Assembly (NCBI GenBank): GCA_024697575.1
Contig: JAILFM010000128.1
Location: 7,973 to 71,972 of the forward strand
Source: Clostridiales bacterium
Lineage (GTDB): Bacteria; Bacillota; Clostridia; Oscillospirales; Acutalibacteraceae
DNA: 64,000 nucleotides
Direction: 5' to 3'
Shown: positions 1 to 9,977 of the stretch, piece after piece
How positions within the stretch are numbered: position 1 is the first letter of the stretch
Layout: each line of letters starts with the position of its first letter
Notes under the pieces: model-generated
Told to the model about the DNA's origin: nothing
Database searches by the model: none
The model's input: only the letters and a program-made list of their open reading frames with translations
Made by a program: the position numbers and the translations under genes

Positions 1-2
1 GT

Positions 3-314
3 AAAAAAGAAAGCCAGATTCTTCAGGCACAGGCGGATAAAGAAAGCGCAATTCTTGCCGCCGAAGCCGTTAAAGAAGCGAAAATCAAAGAGGCTGAAGG
101 TGAAGCGGACGCCATTCTCAAGGTCGAACAGGCCAAGGCGAAAGCCATTGAGCTTATCAACACCGCTGCTCCGAAGGACGGCTATCTCACAATCAAGAGC
201 CTTGAAGCGTTTGAAAAAGCGGCTGACGGCAAAGCAACAAAAATTATCATTCCATCTAACCTTCAGTCGGTGGCAGGTCTTGCAGCCGGCATAAAAGAAG
301 TTATTAACAACTGA
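3..314 (+). CDS. SPFH/Band-7 (stomatin-like) protein, 3' fragment only
   Basis: Frame open from the window edge: KKESQILQAQADKESAIL..AEGEADAI..KSLEAFEKAADGKATKIIIPSNL..stop at 312-314. Resembles the coiled-coil and C-terminal tail of Band-7 proteins. Not in the ORF track. Confidence 0.75.
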   Translation, partial: KKESQILQAQADKESAILAAEAVKEAKIKEAEGEADAILKVEQAKAKAIELINTAAPKDGYLTIKSLEAFEKAADGKATKIIIPSNLQSVAGLAAGIKEVINN

Positions 315-318
315 AATC

Positions 319-371
319 AAAAGCACCCCGTTAATCGCCGTCATGACGGCAGTGTTTAACGGCGGTGTTTT
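319..371 (+). terminator. Extended stem-loop, probable intrinsic terminator
   Basis: Nested inverted repeats AAAAGCACC/GGTGTTTT, CCGTTAA/TTAACGG and GCCGTC/GACGGC, ending in a T run right after the stop. Confidence 0.6.
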
Positions 372-388
372 ATTGAATTGTTTATCCG

Positions 389-1684
389 GTGATTAAAATG
401 AAAGCATTTAAAAAAGTCCTTTGTATTTTAATGTCCGTTTCTTTGCTTTTCGGCAGTTTCGTTATTTATTCCGGCGCCGAGAAAATTGACAACGCGGACA
501 CCATTCAACCTTCGCAGGCTTATAAAAACGAATACCCGATAGTTTTTGTCCACGGTCTTTTCGGCTGGGGACAGTACGAGGGAATCAACGGTATGCTGCC
601 TTACTGGGGTGCGACAACCGGCGATTTGTGCGACTATCTGACAAGTGAAGGATGGGAATGCTACAGCGCCTCTGTCGGTCCGCTTTCGAGCGCTTGGGAC
701 AGAGCATGCGAGCTCTATGCCCAGCTTACAGGCACAACCGTTGACTACGGCGAAGCGCATTCAAAACAGCACGGTCACCACCGTTACGGCAGAACCTATT
801 CAAATCCGTTTTTTGAAGGCTGGGGCAGTGACAAAAAAGTGCACCTTATCGGTCACTCATTTGGCGGCACAACCGTGCGTATGCTCATGTATCTTTTGAC
901 AAACGGAGATGAGAATGAAGTTGCCGCTGCCGGGGACAGCGTTTCTCCGCTTTTCACCGGCGGCAAAGAGGACTATGTTCAGTCTGTCACAACAATCTGC
1001 ACCCCGCACAACAATGTTCCTACATATTATCTGACAAAGAGAACCGGAATTTGGAACAATGCGATTCTGATTCACGCTTTCGTTGTATCGCTAATCGGCA
1101 GAAGCCCTCTTAACGGCACGGTTGTCGACTATCACCTTGAACAGTTCGGTCTGACAAACATTCCCGGCAAAAACAATGCGGAGAGATACCTCAAAGCAGT
1201 CAAAAACTTCTTAAAAAACACCGACGACACCTGCCAGTATGACCTGGGTCCCGAAGGCAATAAAAAGCTCAACGATATGCTCGATATAAGCAAAAACACA
1301 TATTATTTTTCATACGCCTATTCGGCAACCCACAAGGGTCTTTTCGGCACATATGTTCCGGACAGAACCATTAATCCCCTGCTTTTCTTAATTTCGTTAT
1401 GGATAGGTCTTCATCCGACTTTCAAGGACAAAGTCACGGGCACTGTTTATAATGAGGAATGGCGCGACAATGACGGCCTTGCCAGTACAATAGCTGAGAC
1501 ATATCCGTTTGATGAAGCGTCAACACAGTTCAATGAGGAAGATATTAACCGCGGTGTTTGGAACGTCATGCCCATTCAGAAGGGTGACCACGGTCAGGCT
1601 ATAGGTCTGTATGAGAAGGATGAGAAAACTCACTCATTTTATCTTAACCTTCTTGACATGTTAAACTCCCTTGACAAAGATTAA
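389..1684 (+). CDS. Secreted lipase (alpha/beta hydrolase, similar to Staphylococcus/Geobacillus lipases)
   Basis: N-terminal signal peptide; PIVFVHGLFGWG, SSAWDRACELYAQL, GHSFGG nucleophile, NDGL Asp and DHGQAIG His. Start may be the ATG at 398. Confidence 0.85.
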   Translation: MIKMKAFKKVLCILMSVSLLFGSFVIYSGAEKIDNADTIQPSQAYKNEYPIVFVHGLFGWGQYEGINGMLPYWGATTGDLCDYLTSEGWECYSASVGPLSSAWDRACELYAQLTGTTVDYGEAHSKQHGHHRYGRTYSNPFFEGWGSDKKVHLIGHSFGGTTVRMLMYLLTNGDENEVAAAGDSVSPLFTGGKEDYVQSVTTICTPHNNVPTYYLTKRTGIWNNAILIHAFVVSLIGRSPLNGTVVDYHLEQFGLTNIPGKNNAERYLKAVKNFLKNTDDTCQYDLGPEGNKKLNDMLDISKNTYYFSYAYSATHKGLFGTYVPDRTINPLLFLISLWIGLHPTFKDKVTGTVYNEEWRDNDGLASTIAETYPFDEASTQFNEEDINRGVWNVMPIQKGDHGQAIGLYEKDEKTHSFYLNLLDMLNSLDKD

Positions 1685-1698
1685 GTCTGTGCTATAAT
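1671..1698 (+). promoter_or_regulatory. sigma70-type promoter for fba
   Basis: TTGACA-16 nt-TATAAT with extended TGn; the -35 lies in the last lipase codons. Confidence 0.7.
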
Positions 1699-1731
1699 AT
1701 TGAACGATTTTAACAACAGGAGATAAATTAT

Positions 1732-2667
1732 ATGCCACTTGTAACCACTAAAAAAATGTTCAAAGATGCCTACGAAGGTCACTATGCAGTCGGCGCTTTC
1801 AATGTTAACAACATGGAAATCATTCAGGGTATTGTTGAGGCCGGCAAAAAGCTCAACGCCCCCCTTATCCTTCAGGTTTCAAAAGGCGCCAGAGCATATG
1901 CTAACCACACCTATCTTGTCAAGCTTGTTGAAGCGGCTGTTGAAACAACAGGTCTTCCCATTGCTCTTCACCTTGACCACGGCCCCGATTTTGAGACCTG
2001 CAAGGCCTGCATTGACGGCGGTTTTACATCCGTTATGATCGACGGCAGTCATCTGCCTTATGAGGAAAATGTCGCTTTGACAAAGAAGGTCGTTGACTAT
2101 GCCCACGCTCACGGTGTTGTTGTTGAGGGTGAACTCGGCAGACTTGCAGGCGTTGAGGACGATGTTAAGGTTTCCGCAGAGGACAGCTCTTACACAAGGC
2201 CCGAAGAAGTTTATGATTTTGTTACCCGTACGGGAGTTGACTCACTGGCTATAGCTATCGGTACCAGCCACGGCGCGTTCAAATTCAAACCCGGTCAGGA
2301 TCCGAAGATTCGTATTGACATTCTTGAAGAGGTTGAAAAGAAGCTTCCCAACTTCCCGATTGTTCTTCACGGCGCATCCTCCGTTATTCCCGAATTTGTT
2401 GAGCAGATTAACAAATACGGCGGAAAAATGGAAAACGCCATCGGTATCCCCGAAAGTGAACTTCGCAAAGCCGCGGAACATGCCGTTTGCAAAATCAATA
2501 TTGACTCTGACCTTCGCCTTGCTATGACAGCGGCTGTGAGAAAATACATGGCTGAAAATCCGTCACATTTTGACCCGAGGCAGTACCTTGCCCCTGCGCG
2601 TGACGCAATTCAGGGTATGGTTGAGCACAAGATTAACGAGGTTCTCGGCTGCGCCGACAAAGCGTAA
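1732..2667 (+). CDS. fba: Fructose-1,6-bisphosphate aldolase, class II
   Basis: AVGAFNVNNME, HLDHG, FTSVMIDGS, AIGTSHGAFK, VLHGASS and KINIDSDLR motifs. Confidence 0.96.
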   Translation: MPLVTTKKMFKDAYEGHYAVGAFNVNNMEIIQGIVEAGKKLNAPLILQVSKGARAYANHTYLVKLVEAAVETTGLPIALHLDHGPDFETCKACIDGGFTSVMIDGSHLPYEENVALTKKVVDYAHAHGVVVEGELGRLAGVEDDVKVSAEDSSYTRPEEVYDFVTRTGVDSLAIAIGTSHGAFKFKPGQDPKIRIDILEEVEKKLPNFPIVLHGASSVIPEFVEQINKYGGKMENAIGIPESELRKAAEHAVCKINIDSDLRLAMTAAVRKYMAENPSHFDPRQYLAPARDAIQGMVEHKINEVLGCADKA

Positions 2668-2692
2668 TTCAGTGTAATAAATATTATTTTAA

Positions 2693-2721
2693 AGCCGCCC
2701 GGCATTCTTTGTCGAGCGGCT
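2693..2721 (+). terminator. Hairpin after fba
   Basis: AGCCGC(C)..(A)GCGGCT inverted repeat; no strong T tail. Confidence 0.4.
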
Positions 2722-2748
2722 GAATTCATTGCAGTTTGAGACTATTAT

Positions 2749-3585
2749 ATGGACAGAATTATTGAATATGATATAAAGGAAAGTGACAGTAACATCAAAA
2801 TCTACACTTTTCTAAAATACAGGAACGGCTATTCAACACATCTGATACGAATGTTAAAATTCCGGGATAACGGAATATTGCTGAACGGCGCCCCGGCGAA
2901 AACCATTGACCTTGTTAACACCGGCGATAAACTGGTTGTGTCAATACCCGGTGAAGAAAGCGATATCGAGCCTGTTGACATTCCGCTGGATATTGTGTAT
3001 GAAGATGATGACATTCTGATTATCAACAAACCGCCGACACTCGCCATGCACCCGACTCACAACCATCAGGGCGACACCTTAGCAAACGGGGTTGTCTTTC
3101 ACTTGTTAAAAGAAGGCAAAAGCACCTCGTATAAGGCTGTGGGAAGACTTGACAAGGGCACTTCCGGTCTTGTTGTGCTGGCGCTGAATCTTTTGGCGGC
3201 ATGTAAACTCAGCGGCAAAACAGAAAAAGAATACGAAGCTGTTGTCAAAGGGCAGCCGGCGCAGCAGGGCACGGTCTCAACGCCGATTTACAGACCCAAC
3301 CCTATGAAGACCTTAAGAGCATGCAGTGACGAACTGGGCGTTGAAAAAGCCGTAACTCACTGGAAAGTTGTTGAGAGATACGACAACAGCGCAAAAATAG
3401 CGCTTAAACTTGAAACCGGCAGAACTCATCAAATCAGAGTTCATATGGCAAGTATAGGTCACCCGCTCGCCGGCGACAGTTTTTACGGCGATTTTAAGCC
3501 GGAAATCGGCCATCAAATGCTGACATGCAAAAAGTGCTCCTTTATACACCCGGTTACGGGCGAAAAGATGCACTTTGAAATCTGA
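2749..3585 (+). CDS. RluA/RluD-family pseudouridine synthase
   Basis: N-terminal S4-like region, INKPP, RLDKGTSG (catalytic Asp), LETGRTHQIRVHM and GHPLAGD. Confidence 0.92.
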   Translation: MDRIIEYDIKESDSNIKIYTFLKYRNGYSTHLIRMLKFRDNGILLNGAPAKTIDLVNTGDKLVVSIPGEESDIEPVDIPLDIVYEDDDILIINKPPTLAMHPTHNHQGDTLANGVVFHLLKEGKSTSYKAVGRLDKGTSGLVVLALNLLAACKLSGKTEKEYEAVVKGQPAQQGTVSTPIYRPNPMKTLRACSDELGVEKAVTHWKVVERYDNSAKIALKLETGRTHQIRVHMASIGHPLAGDSFYGDFKPEIGHQMLTCKKCSFIHPVTGEKMHFEI

Positions 3586-3593
3586 TAAAAAAT

Positions 3594-3639
3594 ACCGGGG
3601 AGCCAAGAGTAAAAATTCACCGAATGCTCCCCGGTTTTT
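3594..3639. terminator. Bidirectional terminator between convergent genes
   Basis: ACCGGGGAGC/GCTCCCCGGT 10-bp stem flanked by an A run and a T run. Confidence 0.7.
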
Positions 3640-3647
3640 GATTTTAT

Positions 3648-4523
3648 TTAATATTTAAAATCGCTGTATACAATGTGGGTTCTGCCGCTTGCGGAGCCCT
3701 TGCCGAGACCGATGTCAATGAAAACGGAAATATCCATTTCAATCTTCATATTTGTTATTTCACCTGTTTTTGAATTGACCGTCATATAAACCTTGGCGTT
3801 TGAATAGTTTTCCTCAATCTTTGCGGCAGCGTATGTTCCGCTGATAGCATCGTAAATTACCGGACCTGTCTTATGGTCAAAATAGTTTTTATCCTTGTCG
3901 CCTACACAGATACCGCACTTATCAATTGAAGCGGATGTACGCTTTTCATTTTTGTTGCCGACGCTGGAACCGCTGTTTACGGACATTTCAATAACAAAAT
4001 TGTCTCCGTTTTGTTTAACAACAGCGCTGCTGACATCGGACGCTGTAAGGGTCGACTTTCTGAGATAATGCCTCATTTCGTCGCTGTCCCACTGACCTTT
4101 GGTTACATTTTCATTGTATCTGTTTTCATCGCCGATACCGACAAATTTTTCGACCAGTGATTTAAAAGCGCGAAGAGCTACGCTCATATCGAACGAGGCG
4201 TTATCGGTATAACGCTTTTTGCTGAATCCGACCTTTTCATCGTAAGCCTTGTTGACTGCAGTGTTGTAATACTCAATAATCTCTTCTTTGGTTTCCGGAA
4301 CCTTAACCTGCTCCTCTGTTGTTTCTTCAACCGTTGTTTCTTCGAGCGTAGTTGTTTCAATTACCGTTTCTTCTGTAATTTCGACTGCAGTTGTTTCATC
4401 GCCGTTTACAACAGGCTCCGTTTCGGCAGCAGCAGACGATACTTCGCCGGTGGAAGACTTACCGCAGGATGCAAAGCAAAATACTAAGGCAAAGACAAGA
4501 ATAATTGCAGAAATTTTTTTCAT
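3648..4523 (-). CDS. Lipoprotein of unknown function with a Thr/Glu-rich stalk
   Basis: Start MKKISAIILVFALVFCFASC at 4523 (lipobox FASC), then ETT-rich low-complexity linker and a globular domain. The ORF-track start at 4607 overlaps serA and is unlikely. Confidence 0.75.
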   Translation of the reverse strand: MKKISAIILVFALVFCFASCGKSSTGEVSSAAAETEPVVNGDETTAVEITEETVIETTTLEETTVEETTEEQVKVPETKEEIIEYYNTAVNKAYDEKVGFSKKRYTDNASFDMSVALRAFKSLVEKFVGIGDENRYNENVTKGQWDSDEMRHYLRKSTLTASDVSSAVVKQNGDNFVIEMSVNSGSSVGNKNEKRTSASIDKCGICVGDKDKNYFDHKTGPVIYDAISGTYAAAKIEENYSNAKVYMTVNSKTGEITNMKIEMDISVFIDIGLGKGSASGRTHIVYSDFKY

Positions 4524-4536
4524 ATCCGTTCCCCTG

Positions 4537-5676
4537 TTATGATTTAATAGTTCTTTGTCTGATGATACCTTCAATACCGTCGGCGCTGATTTCTTTATCA
4601 CAGTCAATTACGGTATAAGCAGTGCCTTTTTTTACCGCGGTGAAAAATACACCGCAGGGGCAAAGTGCCTTAAGCTGTTGTGTAACCGACTCGCTGTCTT
4701 TATAAATGAAGATATTGCGAACATTAAATGACCCTGAAACAGCCGTATTCGGCATATTGACGGAGTTTTTAATAATACCCTTTTCAAGGTAATCTGCAAC
4801 TTCCTGCGCTGCCATAGCGGCGCAGTTTTCTTCGCTTTCCGGTGTTGAAGCTCCGAGGTGAGGTATTGCAGTAACACCGGGATGAGAAAGCTGCGCATCG
4901 GTCGGGAAATCCGTAACATAGGCGGAAACCTTGCCGCTGTCAAGTGCGCTGATAAGGTCGTCGCTGTCACAAAGCTCGCCGCGTGCAAAGTTGAGAATTC
5001 TGACACCGTCTTTCATTTTCGCTATTGAAGCGGCGTTAACTGTGCCTCTTGTGGAATCATTAAGCGGAACATGAAGTGTAATATAATCAGCCTGAGCGTA
5101 AATACCATCGAGATCTTCGACAATTTTAATGCCCTTTGCTTCAAAATCGGAAGCGGCGGCGGAATTTAAAAACGGGTCATAGCCGACAACATTCATTCCC
5201 AGAAGCTTTGCGCTGTCGGCAACCATGGCGCCGATGGCGCCCATACCGATAACGCCGAGGGTTTTGCCGAGAATTTCGGGACCCGCAAATGCGCTTTTGC
5301 CCTTTTCAACCGCCTTGCCGACACCTTCGCCCTGACCCTTGAGGGTTTTGCACCAGTCGATCGCGTCCGCTATTTTTCTTGACGCAAGGAATAACGATGC
5401 AATTACAAGTTCCTTAACAGCGTTCGCGTTTGCGCCGGGGGTATTAAAAACGCAAATGCCTTCATCCGCACACCTGTCAACGGGAATATTGTTAACGCCC
5501 GCACCGGCTCTGCCGACAGCGATTGTTTCGGGCGCAAATGTCATTTCATGCATTGACGCCGAACGGACGAGTATCGCATCCGGATTTTTAATGTCATCGC
5601 CGCAGGTGTATTTTGACTTATCAAGCTTGTCAAGCCCAACCTTTGAAATCTTGTTTAATGTAAGAATATTATACAC
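4537..5676 (-). CDS. serA: D-3-phosphoglycerate dehydrogenase
   Basis: RAGAGVNNIP, NTPGANANAVKEL, GVIGMGAIG Rossmann motif and PHLGASTPESEENCA; follows serC. Confidence 0.9.
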   Translation of the reverse strand: MYNILTLNKISKVGLDKLDKSKYTCGDDIKNPDAILVRSASMHEMTFAPETIAVGRAGAGVNNIPVDRCADEGICVFNTPGANANAVKELVIASLFLASRKIADAIDWCKTLKGQGEGVGKAVEKGKSAFAGPEILGKTLGVIGMGAIGAMVADSAKLLGMNVVGYDPFLNSAAASDFEAKGIKIVEDLDGIYAQADYITLHVPLNDSTRGTVNAASIAKMKDGVRILNFARGELCDSDDLISALDSGKVSAYVTDFPTDAQLSHPGVTAIPHLGASTPESEENCAAMAAQEVADYLEKGIIKNSVNMPNTAVSGSFNVRNIFIYKDSESVTQQLKALCPCGVFFTAVKKGTAYTVIDCDKEISADGIEGIIRQRTIKS

Positions 5677-5688
5677 TTTAAAATCCCC

Positions 5689-6768
5689 TTAATTGTTTTT
5701 TTCAAACGCTTTCATAAATTCAACAAGCTTTTCAACGCCTTCAATAGGCATAGCGTTGTAGATACTCGCTCTCATGCCGCCGACAGAACGGTGACCCTTG
5801 AGGTTGACAAAGCCCGCCTGAGCCGCTTCTTTGACGAATTTTGCGTTAAGCTCGTCGCTTTCAGTAACAAAGGTGACATTCATCATTGAACGATCCGGCT
5901 TGTTAACAGGGTTTTTAAACATTGAGCTTGAATCAAGGAAATCGTAAAGAATCTGCGCTTTCTTCTGATTGTGAAGCTGCATTTTTTCAAGACCGCCGAT
6001 GCTTTCAATCCACTCAAGAACAAGCTTGCACATATATATCGACCAGCAGGGCGGAGTGTTATACATCGAATCATTGTCCGCAAGCACTTTATAGTCAAGC
6101 ATAACAGGAGTAATATCCCTCGCTTTTCCGAGAAGATCTTCACGAACGATAACCACGGTCAAACCTGCGGGAGCTACATTTTTCTGAGCTCCGCCGTAAA
6201 TAACGCCGTATTTTGAAACATCCATCGGTTCGCTCAAAAAGCACGACGAAACGTCGGCAATAAGCGGAACGTCGCCGGTATCGGGCAGCGTTGTGAAACG
6301 GGTGCCGTAAATGGTGTTGTTCTGGCAGATATAGAAATAGTCGGCGTCCGGTCTGAACTGAGACTTGTCAAGCGCCGGGATACAGCTGAAATTCTGTTCT
6401 TTTGAAGAAGCGACGGCTTTAACATCGCCGTATTTCTGTGCTTCTTTATACGCTTTTGTCGAAAACTGACCCGAAAGGACATAATCCGCTTTTCCGCTGC
6501 CGTTCATAAAATTAAGGGGAATTGCGGCAAACTGGGTTGAAGCGCCGCCCTGGCAAAAGATGATTTTGTAATTGTCAGGTACATTCAGCACCTTTCTGAA
6601 AAGGTCAAGCGCACCATAAATAATCGGCTCATAAGCCTTTGAGCGGTGTGACATTTCCATTACGGACTGGCCGGTACCCTCATAGTTAAGCATCTGCGCC
6701 GCCGCTTCATTCAAAACGCTCTCGGGCAGCATTGACGGGCCGGCTGAAAAATTATAAACTCTGTCCAT
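5689..6768 (-). CDS. serC: Phosphoserine aminotransferase
   Basis: MDRVYNFSAGPS, MEMSHRS, GAQKN (PLP Lys), YNTPP and GHRSVGGMRASIYNA. Start set at the ATG at 6768 after GGAGG. Confidence 0.95.
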   Translation of the reverse strand: MDRVYNFSAGPSMLPESVLNEAAAQMLNYEGTGQSVMEMSHRSKAYEPIIYGALDLFRKVLNVPDNYKIIFCQGGASTQFAAIPLNFMNGSGKADYVLSGQFSTKAYKEAQKYGDVKAVASSKEQNFSCIPALDKSQFRPDADYFYICQNNTIYGTRFTTLPDTGDVPLIADVSSCFLSEPMDVSKYGVIYGGAQKNVAPAGLTVVIVREDLLGKARDITPVMLDYKVLADNDSMYNTPPCWSIYMCKLVLEWIESIGGLEKMQLHNQKKAQILYDFLDSSSMFKNPVNKPDRSMMNVTFVTESDELNAKFVKEAAQAGFVNLKGHRSVGGMRASIYNAMPIEGVEKLVEFMKAFEKNN

Positions 6769-6794
6769 CTTAAATCCTCCATATGCCAAAGGCA

Positions 6795-8597
6795 TTATTT
6801 ATTATTATTTTCACTCACTTGGATTCCGAGATCCGTGAGCTGAATTTCGTCAACTGCCGCCGGGCAGTCAGTCATCGGTTCGCTTGCATTCTGAACCTTG
6901 GGATATGCGATAACATCGCGCAGACTCTCAGCGCCAATCATTTGCATAATAAGTCTGTCAAGCCCTATGCCCATGCCGCCGTGCGGCGGAGCGCCGTATT
7001 TGAAAGCGTCGAGCAAATAGCCGAATTTCGCATGCGCCTGTTCGTCACTGAGCCCCAGCAAAGTAAAGATTCTTGACTGCAAATCGGGGTTTGTTATTCT
7101 GATTGAACCGGATGAAAGCTCTATTCCGTTAAGAACAAGGTCATACGCTTTTGCCCTGACTTTCGCTTTATCCGTTTCAAGATAGTCAAGGCACTCGTCA
7201 AGTGGTGCGGTGAAAGGATGGTGCATGGCAACAAACTGACCCAGGTCCTCATCCCAGTCAAAGAACGGGAACTCAGTAATCCAAAGCAGATTATATTGCC
7301 CTTCGGGAATAATGTCAATCTTTTTCGCAACAACCTGCCTTAACTGACCCAGAACCGAAAGAACGATCGAATTCTTTGTGTCACCGACAATCAACAGAAC
7401 ATCGCCGGGTTTCGCGTCCGCTTTTTCAAAAATCGCCTTCAGCTCATCCTCTGTCATAAACTTGGCGAACGATGCGTTGAATGAGCCGTCCGGCGCCATA
7501 CGAACATAAGCCAGACCCTTTGCTCCGCTGCCCTTGGCGGTTTCAGTCAGCTTATCTATTTCTTTACGAGTAAGAACCGAATATGCATTTTTTACATTGA
7601 TGCAACGAACCGAACCTCCGGCTGAAACAGCGCCGGAAAATACCGAAAAACCGCAGTCTTTGACAGTTTCGCTTAAATCAATGATTTCAAGGCCGTATCT
7701 CGTGTCCGGTTTATCGGAGCCGTAACGCTCCATAGCTTCTTTGTATGTAAGCCTCGGCAGAGGAAGAGATATATCAACCCCCAAAGCCTCTTTAAATACG
7801 CACTGAATATACCCTTCGCCGATTTTCAGCACATCCTCCATATCGACAAATGACATTTCAAGGTCAATCTGGGTAAACTCGGGCTGCCTGTCGGCGCGCA
7901 AATCCTCATCGCGAAAACACCTTGCCATCTGCATATACCGGTCAAAACCCGCGACCATTGAAAGCTCTTTGTAAAGCTGGGGCGACTGAGGCAGAGCGTA
8001 AAACTTGCCTTTATGCACTCTTGACGGCACAAGATAATCGCGCGCGCCTTCGGGAGTGGATTTAATCAAAATCGGGGTTTCAATTTCAATAAAACCGTTT
8101 TTATCAAAATAGTCCCTGGTAATTTTAACAATCTTGTGACGCATCATTATATTCTTTTGAAGAGGGGCGCGTCTTAAATCAAGATAGCGGTATTTTAAGC
8201 GGGTCAATTCCGCTGTCTGACAGTTGTCGGTTATTTCAAACGGAGTTGTTTCGCTCTCCGAAAGGATTCTTAAATCGCTGACTTCAATTTCTATATCACC
8301 TGTGGGTATATCCTTATTCTTTGACGAACGCTCACGGACAATGCCCTTCGCCATAAGAACATATTCGCTCCTTACAGAAAAAGCCTTGTCAAAAACTTCT
8401 TTTTCACTTTTTTCGTCAAAGGCAAGCTGAACTATGCCGCTTCTGTCCCTTAAATCAATAAATATCAGCGCGCCCAGGTCCCTTTGACGCTGAACCCAGC
8501 CGGCAACGGTAACGGTTTTGCCGACATCGCCTATGCGTATATCACCGCAGTAATGTGTTTTTTTTAAACCTGTCATAAAATCCATTTTATTTGTCAC
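6795..8597 (-). CDS. aspS: Aspartate-tRNA ligase
   Basis: THYCG, RDLG, STPEGARDYLVPSR, LPQSPQ, RCFRDEDLRADRQPEFTQ and YGAPPHGG motifs. Confidence 0.97.
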   Translation of the reverse strand: MTNKMDFMTGLKKTHYCGDIRIGDVGKTVTVAGWVQRQRDLGALIFIDLRDRSGIVQLAFDEKSEKEVFDKAFSVRSEYVLMAKGIVRERSSKNKDIPTGDIEIEVSDLRILSESETTPFEITDNCQTAELTRLKYRYLDLRRAPLQKNIMMRHKIVKITRDYFDKNGFIEIETPILIKSTPEGARDYLVPSRVHKGKFYALPQSPQLYKELSMVAGFDRYMQMARCFRDEDLRADRQPEFTQIDLEMSFVDMEDVLKIGEGYIQCVFKEALGVDISLPLPRLTYKEAMERYGSDKPDTRYGLEIIDLSETVKDCGFSVFSGAVSAGGSVRCINVKNAYSVLTRKEIDKLTETAKGSGAKGLAYVRMAPDGSFNASFAKFMTEDELKAIFEKADAKPGDVLLIVGDTKNSIVLSVLGQLRQVVAKKIDIIPEGQYNLLWITEFPFFDWDEDLGQFVAMHHPFTAPLDECLDYLETDKAKVRAKAYDLVLNGIELSSGSIRITNPDLQSRIFTLLGLSDEQAHAKFGYLLDAFKYGAPPHGGMGIGLDRLIMQMIGAESLRDVIAYPKVQNASEPMTDCPAAVDEIQLTDLGIQVSENNNK

Positions 8598-8610
8598 TTA
8601 CCTTTCAGTT

Positions 8611-9954
8611 TCAAAAATTCAACAGTGAATCCAGCTTTGAAAGCTCTTCGTCACTGAAGGATGACCCAAGCGATGAAGCGGCATCGTCAAGAATAAGGCG
8701 GGTAAAATCCATGTCAAAATCCTCAAGCCCGAGTTCGGTTGTGTCGCCGCTTGCCATATTTTTGACATTTGCGGCATTTCTCACAATTTCATCGTCGCCG
8801 AGAACGCAGGTGTATTTTGCGCCGATTTTGTCGGCATATTTCATCTGAGCTTTGAGCGAGCGCCCGACAACATCGGTCAAAGCGAAAATACCGGCGCTGC
8901 GAAGCGTGCTCGTAAGTTCCATAGCTTTTTGAAGAGCGTTTTCACCCATAGGCGCAACATAAATGTCGCATTCTTCAGCCTTTGGAAGCTCAATTCCCTG
9001 AGATTTCATAACCATCATCAGCCTGCCCGTACCCATACCGAAGCCCAGAGCGGGCGTATCGGGACCGCCGAGTTCTTTCACAAGCCCATCATAACGTCCG
9101 CCGCCGCAGACAGTTCCCTGCGCGCCGATATTGTTTGAAACAAACTCAAAAACGGTTCTCGTGTAATAATCAAGACCGCGGACAATACGCGGATTAACGG
9201 TGAATTTTATTCCCATAGCCATCAGATATTTCTGAACGCCTTTAAAATGTTCGCTGCACTCGTCGCATAGATAGTCCGTAATGAACGGAGCACCTTCACA
9301 AAGCTGTTTGCAAGCGGGATTTTTGCAGTCAAGGATACGCATCGGGTTTTTGTCAAGCCTTTCAAGGCAGGTTCCGCAAAGCTTCTCCGCGTTTTTCTCA
9401 AAATATTCCTTCAGCGCTTTGTGATAATTTGCACGGCAAGCAGGGCATCCGATTGAATTAAGCTGAAGCTCAAGGTTTTCAATGCCGAAAAACTCAAAAA
9501 TACCGTTTGCAAGTGAAATCACCTCCGCATCGGCGGCAGGTGAAGCGGAGCCGAACATTTCCACACCGAACTGCTGAAATTCACGCCAGCGACCCGCCTG
9601 CGGTTTTTCATAGCGGTAACAATTGAGAATGTAGCAAAGCTTTGCAGGAACGGCATCGTTAAACAGGCCGTGCTCCAAAAAAGCTCTTACCGCGCCTGCG
9701 GTTCCCTCCGGCCTTAATGTGATTGACCTGTCACCCTTATCGGTGAAGGTGTACATTTCTTTCTGAACAACATCGGTGGTTTCCCCAACCCCGCGCTGAA
9801 ACAGCTCCGTATGCTCAAAAACGGGTGTTCTTATCTCTCTGAAGCCGTATTTACCGGCAATTTCAAGAAGAGTGTTTTCGACAAACTGATGCTCATGCAC
9901 ATTTTCAGGCAAAATATCCTGGGTGCCCTTAGGTGCCTTTGTAAGCAGTGCCAT
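8611..9954 (-). CDS. hisS: Histidine-tRNA ligase
   Basis: PKGTQD, LRPEGTAG, RYEKPQAGRWREFQQFG, VRGLDYYTRT and GGGRYDGL motifs. Confidence 0.97.
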   Translation of the reverse strand: MALLTKAPKGTQDILPENVHEHQFVENTLLEIAGKYGFREIRTPVFEHTELFQRGVGETTDVVQKEMYTFTDKGDRSITLRPEGTAGAVRAFLEHGLFNDAVPAKLCYILNCYRYEKPQAGRWREFQQFGVEMFGSASPAADAEVISLANGIFEFFGIENLELQLNSIGCPACRANYHKALKEYFEKNAEKLCGTCLERLDKNPMRILDCKNPACKQLCEGAPFITDYLCDECSEHFKGVQKYLMAMGIKFTVNPRIVRGLDYYTRTVFEFVSNNIGAQGTVCGGGRYDGLVKELGGPDTPALGFGMGTGRLMMVMKSQGIELPKAEECDIYVAPMGENALQKAMELTSTLRSAGIFALTDVVGRSLKAQMKYADKIGAKYTCVLGDDEIVRNAANVKNMASGDTTELGLEDFDMDFTRLILDDAASSLGSSFSDEELSKLDSLLNF

Positions 9955-9977
9955 AATGTAATATCTCCAAATTGAAA

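Noticed and set aside
55-294. 79-aa ORF in the track
   Set aside because: Wrong frame; the real product is the SPFH C-terminus in the frame starting at base 3.
6795-8597. Non-discriminating Asp/Asn-tRNA ligase
   Set aside because: The anticodon domain has RDLG as in discriminating E. coli AspRS, not RDHG. Suggestive only.
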